A stretch of DNA of 64,000 nucleotides from Methanobacteriota archaeon. Its GTDB lineage: Archaea; Methanobacteriota; Methanobacteria; Methanobacteriales; Methanobacteriaceae. Under the pieces are notes generated by a model that saw only the letters and a list, made by a program, of their open reading frames with translations, had not been told where the DNA came from and did no database searches. Both the position numbers and the translations under genes were made by a program. The stretch lies in the NCBI GenBank assembly GCA_963787255.1, contig CAWBCJ010000029.1, positions 416,001 through 480,000 of the forward strand, written 5' to 3'. Positions 56,346 to 64,000 of this stretch are shown here, one piece after another. Position 1 is the first letter of the stretch, and the number at the start of each line of letters is the position of its first letter.

Positions 56346-56756
56346 ATGGTAAAAGTTAGATTAGGTGCAGTAGTAGCTGAATTCAACTATGATATTACTC
56401 AAATGATGTTAGAATTAGCTAAAGAGCATGCTAAATTTTTAGATTCTGAAATAACAAAAGTAATCACCGTACCTGGCGTTTTTGACATGCCTCTTGCCAT
56501 TAAAAAACTACTGAAGGAAGAAGATATAGATGCAGTTATAACCCTTGGAGCTGTTATAGAAGGTGCAACATCCCACGATGAGATAGTTGTTCAACATGCT
56601 TCACGTAAAATAGCAGATTTAGCACTTGAATATGATAAACCAGTTGCTTTAGGAATATCTGGTCCCGGAATGACACGTTTAGAGGCCCATCAGCGTGTAG
56701 ATTATGGTAAACGTGCTGTTGAAGCTGCTGTGAAGATGTGTGATCGTTTAAAATAA
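56346..56756 (+). CDS. ribH: 6,7-dimethyl-8-ribityllumazine synthase
   Basis: [25 protein letters not shown]; GGAGG RBS before ATG 56346. Confidence 0.95.
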   Translation: MVKVRLGAVVAEFNYDITQMMLELAKEHAKFLDSEITKVITVPGVFDMPLAIKKLLKEEDIDAVITLGAVIEGATSHDEIVVQHASRKIADLALEYDKPVALGISGPGMTRLEAHQRVDYGKRAVEAAVKMCDRLK

Positions 56757-56857
56757 TTTTTATCCTTCTTTTTATTAATTTATAACTGCATAATTTTATT
56801 TTAGATAAAATTAAATCCGCACTAAGATTAATTTATTCAAATGAAATGGGTATAACT

Positions 56858-57790
56858 ATGGAAATACTAACTCCTGACGACCTTAAAGAGAAATTTAAAG
56901 ATCCTTGGATAGCACCGTATAAGAAAGTCATTACCATGGCACAAGATGATATGGTAGAAATTGTTGAATATCATCCATGTGTTGGAGGCTCTGAATGGGT
57001 AGTTTACCAGTACGAAAGATCAAGCGAACTGGTAGAAAAATCAAAAAGAGACGGAAACAAACACACATTCCTTGTAAAGATAGGAAAATCAGATTTCAAC
57101 CTTAAACCAAGCTTTTCTGCAGCAGGAATAGAAGAAGTAAGCGTTGAAGATGATGAAGTAAAAATAGTGCATGCTGGACTTGCAGGTGCAGGAGTAGGCG
57201 CAGCAATGTGCAGGGGAATGGCAGAAGGCGTCAAAAGAGTAGAACTTTACGATATAGGTGGGGGTTCAAAGGTCGGAAGAGCTGCAGTTGTAACACCCAA
57301 GCTCCAGAAGGTTGTAATTGGAATTGATGACACCGATACTAAGGAAAAAGGAGCTACATGGACCCTTGCAAACAATGTAGGTCTTGAACTCAGTAAGATG
57401 GGGTTTGAATATATAGATCATGTTATTGTGCAACTTTATCCTCATAATCCTAACAAAACACAGAACTGCGTTGCAATAGCACTTGTTTTCGCTGTAAAAC
57501 CTGGGGAAAGAGACAAACTTATAGAAGAAGCGCGTAAACTATTTAAAGAACATACATTATCTCAAAAAACTTCCATGGCAGTTTTAGATGGTCTTAAGAT
57601 TCCGGAAGATCTTAGAAAATACGCAGAAGCGGCAAAAAAATCCATGATAACATTGGAAGAGGCTGAAAAGACAGGAAAAGAGTTGGGAATCCAATTTGTA
57701 GAAGTCACAGGTCCTCAAGGTAAGATAGGTGCTCTTGCAGCTTTAGGTCTTTATGATGATCTAAAGGAAGCAGTAAAAGTTTATTATTAG
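56858..57790 (+). CDS. Methanogenesis marker protein 11
   Basis: GLAGAGVGA..CRG.A.GV, GIDDTD..E.GATW, KTQNC, G.IGALAA. Confidence 0.88.
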   Translation: MEILTPDDLKEKFKDPWIAPYKKVITMAQDDMVEIVEYHPCVGGSEWVVYQYERSSELVEKSKRDGNKHTFLVKIGKSDFNLKPSFSAAGIEEVSVEDDEVKIVHAGLAGAGVGAAMCRGMAEGVKRVELYDIGGGSKVGRAAVVTPKLQKVVIGIDDTDTKEKGATWTLANNVGLELSKMGFEYIDHVIVQLYPHNPNKTQNCVAIALVFAVKPGERDKLIEEARKLFKEHTLSQKTSMAVLDGLKIPEDLRKYAEAAKKSMITLEEAEKTGKELGIQFVEVTGPQGKIGALAALGLYDDLKEAVKVYY

Positions 57791-57794
57791 GTCT

Positions 57795-59549
57795 TTAATT
57801 GGTCTGTTTACTGCTTAAAAGAAGATTTAAGAATTTGCCTTTATCTGATGTTGCAAAATGCACATTTGAATCTGCAGGACCATCTATTTCTATTTTGATC
57901 ACACTGTTACCCCAGTAGACGTATGCGACTTTATTGGGGTCATTTTTATTAATATTAATTGTTTTGTACTTAACGTTGTTAACGTAGATACTATAAGTTC
58001 CACTTTCAATTATTCCTGGAGTGTTCATCACTTTTTGACCATCAACATATATATTAACCATTCTACCCTTTTCAGTGCTTGGATTTATAAGTACGCCTTC
58101 TTTTACTTCTAGATTATATAGATTGTTGAAATTAGGGTCTAAAGCCATGGATCTTTCAGCATACATGGTTTTAAATATATTCCTGAGATTTCCATCCAGT
58201 ATAACTGTTCCTATATTTAATCCCATCCTATTTCTTGCATCTAAGGGCATTCTAAGTATATTACTTTCTCCAAGCCGCGTTTCATTCAATATGTATTTTC
58301 TATTATTTATGTAAATAGAATCACCGTAGCTAAACTCCAAAGTGCTCATAGCTTCTGGAGGCATTCTTATTATAGTGTTTTCGTTTTCCAGCGCACTGTC
58401 TATAGTATATGGGCCTCTTATTTCCACTTTTGTAATATCCGGTGAAGTTCCAAGAGGAATTATCAGATTACCTGAAGCAGGCTGTATTGTGAGTTTGCCG
58501 CCGTCAATATGTACAGATCCTACGAGAGTGAAAATCATTGCCAGCAGTATCAATGCAGAGACAAGAATTGGAAAATGCATGTAAAGGAATGATTTAAGTG
58601 CAGGAGACTTTCGATCTGATTTTGAAAGAACTTTAAAGGACCTTCTTATAAGTTTGAAAGTATAGAAAAGTGCAATAATAAGTCCAATAACTAAAAGAAC
58701 GGCCCCAAACCATGCAGGAATTCTGTTAATGAAAAATATAGAAAAGATTCCTAAAGAAATAAGCGAAAGGCCTAAAATACTCATTCTTATGTATTTTCCA
58801 AGAGTATCCATCATTGAAACCCTTCCATATTCCATTGCCCTGTCTACAATGGTTCTTACGACTTCGTTAGCCATTTTATTCAGGCTTTTAATAGGTGAAT
58901 GCGTATGTTCAATTTGGCCAATGTCTACCTCTTTTATCCTCATGCCCCTTACGTCAGCATCCAAGACAATTCCAACATCAACGCCGTAGTCTTCTTCAAA
59001 TTGTATCTTGTTTAAAAAGGTTCTTACGGCTGCAAACTGCCCGCTTAAGGGTTGTTCATATTTTAATTCTGGGAAAAAAAAGTTCAAAAGAGGCTTTGCA
59101 GTTAATTCAGTTACTCTTCCTGCCTTTCTTTTAAATTTTGTCTTTGTAATATCTGCTTTCCCATCCAATATTGGTTTAATGATCTTTTCAACCTGATTAG
59201 GAGTTAAATTGCTAAGGTCAGCGTCAATAAAAGCTACTATATCTCCTTTAGAGTTTTCAAGACCTGTTTTTAAAGCTGCTCCCTTTCCAGAGTTAATTTT
59301 ATGACTTATGACTGTGGCCCCGGCATTTTCGGCTAGTTGGGCAGTTTTATCTGTTGATCCATCATTAACAACTATTATCTCGTCAACAATACTCAAGCGC
59401 TTTACAACTTTAATTACATTTCCAACAGTTGCTGATTCATTATAAGCTGGAATCACAATAGACACTGACATTTTTGTATTGGAACCTCTGTTTTTGATAG
59501 AAGCCACTAGTAAGATAAAAATTAGGATAATCCATGACAAAACGTACAC
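57795..59549 (-). CDS. Membrane-anchored GT2 glycosyltransferase (GpgS-like catalytic domain) with C-terminal extension
   Basis: VIPAYNE, NDGSTD, DAD, GRVTELTAKPLL, QPLSGQFA, YGVDVG; internal TMs and a soluble C-terminal domain. Confidence 0.88.
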   Translation of the reverse strand: MYVLSWIILIFILLVASIKNRGSNTKMSVSIVIPAYNESATVGNVIKVVKRLSIVDEIIVVNDGSTDKTAQLAENAGATVISHKINSGKGAALKTGLENSKGDIVAFIDADLSNLTPNQVEKIIKPILDGKADITKTKFKRKAGRVTELTAKPLLNFFFPELKYEQPLSGQFAAVRTFLNKIQFEEDYGVDVGIVLDADVRGMRIKEVDIGQIEHTHSPIKSLNKMANEVVRTIVDRAMEYGRVSMMDTLGKYIRMSILGLSLISLGIFSIFFINRIPAWFGAVLLVIGLIIALFYTFKLIRRSFKVLSKSDRKSPALKSFLYMHFPILVSALILLAMIFTLVGSVHIDGGKLTIQPASGNLIIPLGTSPDITKVEIRGPYTIDSALENENTIIRMPPEAMSTLEFSYGDSIYINNRKYILNETRLGESNILRMPLDARNRMGLNIGTVILDGNLRNIFKTMYAERSMALDPNFNNLYNLEVKEGVLINPSTEKGRMVNIYVDGQKVMNTPGIIESGTYSIYVNNVKYKTININKNDPNKVAYVYWGNSVIKIEIDGPADSNVHFATSDKGKFLNLLLSSKQTN

Positions 59550-59659
59550 CTCAAACTTCTGAAATTTTATAAATAATGCGAAATATATTTGAAAATATCT
59601 AACAAGATTATTTACTTTCTACATAATAAATTAATGTATTAAATAATTGAAGGTGTAAA

Positions 59660-60682
59660 ATGAAACCAAGAGTCATGATATTACTGGGAAGTGCTTCCGA
59701 TTTTGGGGTAGCAGAGAAAGCAATAGATATTTTAGAAACTTTAAAGATTCCATACGACGTCAAAGTGGCTTCAGCACATAGAACACACGAAAAAGTGAAA
59801 AAAATAGTAATGAAGGCTACTAATGAAGGTATAGAAGTTTTTATAGGTATTGCTGGGCTTTCAGCGCATTTACCAGGAATGATAGCTGCAAACACTCATA
59901 AACCAGTAGTTGGAGTGCCTGTAGAAGTTAAATTAGGAGGGCTAGATGCATTATATGCTTCGGTACAAATGCCTTTTGGAGCACCTGTGGCAACAGTGGG
60001 TATTGACCGTGGAGAAAACGCAGCATTACTTGCAGCACAGATAATTGGAATTCATGATGAAAATTGCAGAAAAAGAGTTTCATCAATGAGAGCTTCCTTC
60101 TTTGAAAAGGTGAAGGGTGACGAAAAAAATCTTCTTGAAATGATCAAGGGAGATTATTATTCTCCTCAGCTTAATATTCCAGAAAATGAATTAAAAAATG
60201 AAGATTTATCTAAAGAACACGTACCTGATGAAATAGAAGAATTAGACGTGGCTATAATTGCTGGAAGTTACTCTGATATTAAAGTTGCAAAAAAAGCAAC
60301 TAATTTCCTTGATAAAATGGATGTAAATTACGATTTTAGCGTCGTATCTCCATTAAGGTACCCAAAAAGGTTTGAAGAATATTTAAGGAAGGTTAAAAGT
60401 GCTAAACTTTTTATAGCTATAACTGGATTATCTGCCCACGTTACAGGTGCAATTGTGGCATATACAGAAAAACCGGTTATAGGAGTCCCATGCTCGATAC
60501 AACTTGATGGAATGGACGCACTGCTTTCAATGGTTAATATGCCTCCTGGAGTACCTGTTGGAACTTTAGGAATCGATAATGGTGGCAATGCAGCAATTCT
60601 CGCAGGAGAAATGCTCGGCATAACCAATAAAAACATAGAAAAAGATATCAGGAAATTTAAAGGGAATATTGAATGCAGCTAA
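59660..60682 (+). CDS. purE: N5-CAIR mutase with two tandem PurE domains
   Basis: GSASD, SAHRT, AHLPG in domain 1; GSYSD, SPLR, AHVTG in domain 2. Confidence 0.93.
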   Translation: MKPRVMILLGSASDFGVAEKAIDILETLKIPYDVKVASAHRTHEKVKKIVMKATNEGIEVFIGIAGLSAHLPGMIAANTHKPVVGVPVEVKLGGLDALYASVQMPFGAPVATVGIDRGENAALLAAQIIGIHDENCRKRVSSMRASFFEKVKGDEKNLLEMIKGDYYSPQLNIPENELKNEDLSKEHVPDEIEELDVAIIAGSYSDIKVAKKATNFLDKMDVNYDFSVVSPLRYPKRFEEYLRKVKSAKLFIAITGLSAHVTGAIVAYTEKPVIGVPCSIQLDGMDALLSMVNMPPGVPVGTLGIDNGGNAAILAGEMLGITNKNIEKDIRKFKGNIECS

Positions 60683-60703
60683 TAATTCAATTTTGAGGAA
60701 AAT

Positions 60704-60841
60704 ATGAAAAAAGAAGAAGAAAATCATTATAATAATAAAACATGCCAAACCGGGAGCTGCGGCTGCGCCGCAAATTATATATGGCTAGGGATCGCAGTTA
60801 TATTCTTTGTAATGGCCATTGCAATGATTTTCGGTAAATAA
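60704..60841 (+). CDS. 45-aa Cys-motif tail-anchored microprotein
   Basis: MKKEEENHYNNKTCQTGSCGCAANYIWLGIAVIFFVMAIAMIFGK; GAGG RBS; fills the purE-ubiD gap. Confidence 0.65.
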   Translation: MKKEEENHYNNKTCQTGSCGCAANYIWLGIAVIFFVMAIAMIFGK

Positions 60842-60858
60842 GTTAAGTAGGTGAAGGA

Positions 60859-62142
60859 ATGAGAGAATTTTTAGACGTTCTGGAGAATGAATTCAAGGTT
60901 ATAAAGATCGAAAAAGAAATATCCACAAAATATGAGGTTGCAAAGGTCTTAAGAGAACATCCAAAAGATGCAATTATCTTTGAAAACATTAAAGATAGTA
61001 AAATGAGGATTATTTCAGGTATATGTAACACCAGAGATAAAATAGCCAGAGGAATTGGAGTTAATGTACCTGAAATTACAAAAAAGATAATGGAAGCTAC
61101 TGGAAACCCAATCAAAGTTGAAAACATTGAAAGTGTTAAAACGAATTATATTACTCAAAAAGAGCCAAATTTAACCGAAATTCCAATACCTACTTATTAC
61201 CAAAAGGACGGCGGAGCTTACATCACAGCTGGAGTTATAATAGCAAAAGATCCTGAAACCGGAATAAGGAACGCATCAATTCACAGGATGCTTGTTTCAG
61301 GCAAAAATAGACTTGGAGTAAGAATTGTTCCAAGAAACCTTTACACATACTATAAAAAAGCAGAAGAAATGGATAAACCGCTTGAAATAGCAATCGCAAT
61401 AGGAATGCATCCCGCAACTCTTCTTGCAACCACCACATCAGTCCCAATAACAACTGATGAACTTGAAGTGGCTAATAATTTTCATAATGGCAATATGAAA
61501 CTTATAGAATGCGAAAATGTTGATCTCCAAGTGCCTAATGCAGAAATCATTATGGAAGGTAAACTTCTACCCCACATAAGAGAGCCTGAAGGCCCATTCG
61601 TTGACTTAACAGACACTTACGATGTTATAAGGAACGAACCAGTCATAGAAATTGATAAAATACATTACAAGGACAATCCATATTACCATGCAATCATGCC
61701 CGCAGGCTTTGAACACAGACTTCTCCAGGGACTTCCACAAGAACCCAGAATTTATAACGCTGTTTTAAATACCGTTCCAACAGTACAGAATGTTGTTTTA
61801 ACTGAAGGCGGATGCTGCTGGCTCCATGCTGCAGTTTCAATAAAAAAACAAACTCAAGGCGATGGAAAAAACGTTATAATGGCAGCTCTCGCTGCTCACC
61901 CATCATTAAAACATGCCATTGTTGTTGATGAGGATATTGACATATTTAATCCTGAAGACCTGGAATATGCCATTGCAACAAGAGTAAAAGGTGACGAAGA
62001 TATCATGATCGTTCCAGGAGCAAGAGGTTCTTCACTCGATCCATGTGCAACACCTGATGGTACAACTACAAAAGTTGGGGTCGACGCTACAAAACCTTTG
62101 GATAAAAAGGAGAAATTTGAGAGGGTTAGCTTTTCAGAATAG
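60859..62142 (+). CDS. UbiD-family decarboxylase (likely anhydromevalonate phosphate decarboxylase)
   Basis: [41 protein letters not shown]. Confidence 0.88.
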   Translation: MREFLDVLENEFKVIKIEKEISTKYEVAKVLREHPKDAIIFENIKDSKMRIISGICNTRDKIARGIGVNVPEITKKIMEATGNPIKVENIESVKTNYITQKEPNLTEIPIPTYYQKDGGAYITAGVIIAKDPETGIRNASIHRMLVSGKNRLGVRIVPRNLYTYYKKAEEMDKPLEIAIAIGMHPATLLATTTSVPITTDELEVANNFHNGNMKLIECENVDLQVPNAEIIMEGKLLPHIREPEGPFVDLTDTYDVIRNEPVIEIDKIHYKDNPYYHAIMPAGFEHRLLQGLPQEPRIYNAVLNTVPTVQNVVLTEGGCCWLHAAVSIKKQTQGDGKNVIMAALAAHPSLKHAIVVDEDIDIFNPEDLEYAIATRVKGDEDIMIVPGARGSSLDPCATPDGTTTKVGVDATKPLDKKEKFERVSFSE

Positions 62143-62189
62143 CTGAATAATTAAAAAATTTTAAAAAGTAAAAATGATGAGATTTATTC

Positions 62190-62786
62190 TCATTTTTTGC
62201 TGTAGAACCAGTATCCTGCACCTGCAATGATTATAATAGAGCTGCGGCTAATATAATGTCCGGTGTGTTAGTTGATGTTTGAGGAACTTGAGAGGTTGTG
62301 TTAGTTGTATTGGTTATTTGATTAGATGTTTCATTGTCTGAGATATGTGGATCGTTTAGAATTGCTTTTAGAACTTTACCAGTTTCAGCATCCACGTAGA
62401 TTCTTCCAACATTTTTTCCATTCTTATCATTGACCTGTACAATCCATGCATCATTATAACCTGAAATCTGGTTTGTATTTATTCATATATTCAGTTGAAG
62501 CATTATTTGGAGCATTGCCAAAATATTGGCTGAATTCAGAGACTGGCATCCATTTCACTTCGCCAGTTTTTGTATCTTTGACTTTTATTTTCAAAGCATC
62601 AATGTTTTCTGGAGTGTAACGGCTGTGAAAGGCAAATTATGGGAGTTTAGGTAGCTCTGAGCTACATGTTTTGGCCTGATTGGCACCGATTATTAGGTCC
62701 GGAGTCGGCATAAGACAAAGTTTAAGGATTGCCAACTACAAAAATCGTTATCAAAAATATTTTTAAAGATGTTTTTATTTCAACAT
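62190..62786 (-). pseudogene. Secreted PepSY-domain protein with C-terminal TM anchor; multiple frameshifts
   Basis: AGGAGG RBS and ATG at 62786; signal-like N-terminus, AWIVQVNDKNGKNVGRIYVDAETGKV PepSY motif, T/N-rich linker, TM ending GYWFYSKK; several apparent 1-nt insertions. Confidence 0.7.
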
Positions 62787-62987
62787 TTAATTGACCTCCT
62801 TTGAATTGTTGATTCTGTTTAAACCAACTATATTAATAAATTATTGCTCACGGTAATTAGACATTTTAAAAGCCTTGATTGGTAACATTAGCTTGATTTA
62901 TGGACTTTACACTTAAATGAAATATGAATAAAGGTAGCATGTATATGCATTTAATAGAAGCGTTCATTTAATCTGGTGAATAGGTTT

Positions 62988-64000
62988 TTAAAGCGTATAT
63001 AATACGGAAATTTTATCTATGTCTATCGTAACAAGGTTTAATACTGTGTACAGCTGCTTTTGAAGCCCTTTTTCGTTTCCGTTATTTTTAACCAAGATTT
63101 TCATAGTTGTCGATCCACGGTTAAGATAGCCCGGTATTTCGCTATCTTTGTGAACCATTGAATTAGTATCTGGATTTTTCATGCAGGTTAAAAATGTGGA
63201 AGAAATATTCGCATAGAGCAAATGGTAAATAGATATGACTGATGGGGGCATCTCTACCGCTAATAGATTATTGAAGGCCATGAAATCACTTTTTTCAGCA
63301 TTGAAACCATTAATTCGTGTATTTGAAACTAAAAAATCAACAAAACGATGGATTATTTTGAACAAAGGAATCCTGACTTACAAAACAGGGATCACCAATC
63401 CCAACTGCCTCCAAACTAATCACTGCAATGGTATTATCTATCGAATCTTGATTTTGAAGAACATAATGGCGTGCGTCCAGCTAAGATAAGGTATGTACAT
63501 TATTTTATCGTATTGGACTGCACTTAGGCTAGATTCGCTGCTTGAGGACGTGGAAAAGTGTATTCATCTTCACCTGCTCCAAATCCTATTAATTTTAGGG
63601 TATAATAAGGTTTGTCCTGCGCTGATAATGTTTTGCAAGCCCTATAAGTATTGCAAGACCGGTTGCATCATCATTAGCACCTTCAGTATAGTTGCTGCTT
63701 ATTTTATCTTTATAAGTGTCTAAATCGGCACATATGATGATCTGTTCTTTAGAAGTTCCATTAATGGTCCCTATAACATTTTGCGACTTTTTAATATCCT
63801 TTGAATCCAGTGAATAGTACTGAAATTCCTGTATTTGGGTTGAAACTCCATAATCATTAAATCTTGATTGAAGATATTCTGCAGTATTTTGTTCTTTTTG
63901 GGATCCGGCAGGTCTTGGTCCTATTTCTTTTGAAATATGCTTAACGTCATTTATTAATGATAAATCAGTGGATTCAACATTAGTTGAATAGCTTAACATT
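62988..64000 (-). CDS. M28-family peptidase, 5' partial and frameshifted
   Basis: IGPRPAGS..E, SQNVIG, GANDDATG; downstream fragments contain EE.GL.GS-like and SDF..F motifs in other frames. Confidence 0.75.

Overview
AT-rich archaeal chromosome segment from a methanogen, most likely Methanobacterium or a relative (hdrA, methanogenesis marker 11, MsvR-fprA, archaeal MAT, radA/RPA, dihydromethanopterin reductase). Most of it is a housekeeping backbone (hisF, tRNA-Arg, cbiL, moeA, purL, ileS, mat, glyA, hdrA, radA, rpa, leuCDB, ribH, purE, UbiD-family). It also holds a redox/metalloid stress region at ~10.9-22.7 kb (two MsvR paralogs, FprA, rubrerythrin-like protein, short class III-type Hcp, NADH oxidase, an ars cluster with only a relic of acr3, and a DsrE-DsrF-FeS-DsrH module) plus several small accessory insertions and gene relics. 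No CRISPR array, rRNA, integrase or transposase is evident. Several genes carry single-base insertions that look like assembly errors. The best novel candidate is a pair of paralogous intergenic hairpin elements (26335-26379 on -, 38016-38093 on +). They share a BRE/TATA-like promoter at identical spacing, a GCAUCCC...GGGAUG closing stem, an anti-Shine-Dalgarno-like GCCUCC motif and a conserved 3' tail, suggesting an undescribed sRNA family. Also notable: a conserved 36-bp tandem MsvR operator in front of both fprA and hcp, a stand-alone TFB-cyclin-like protein, and three unannotated membrane microproteins. All calls come from motif recognition by eye; no database search was run.
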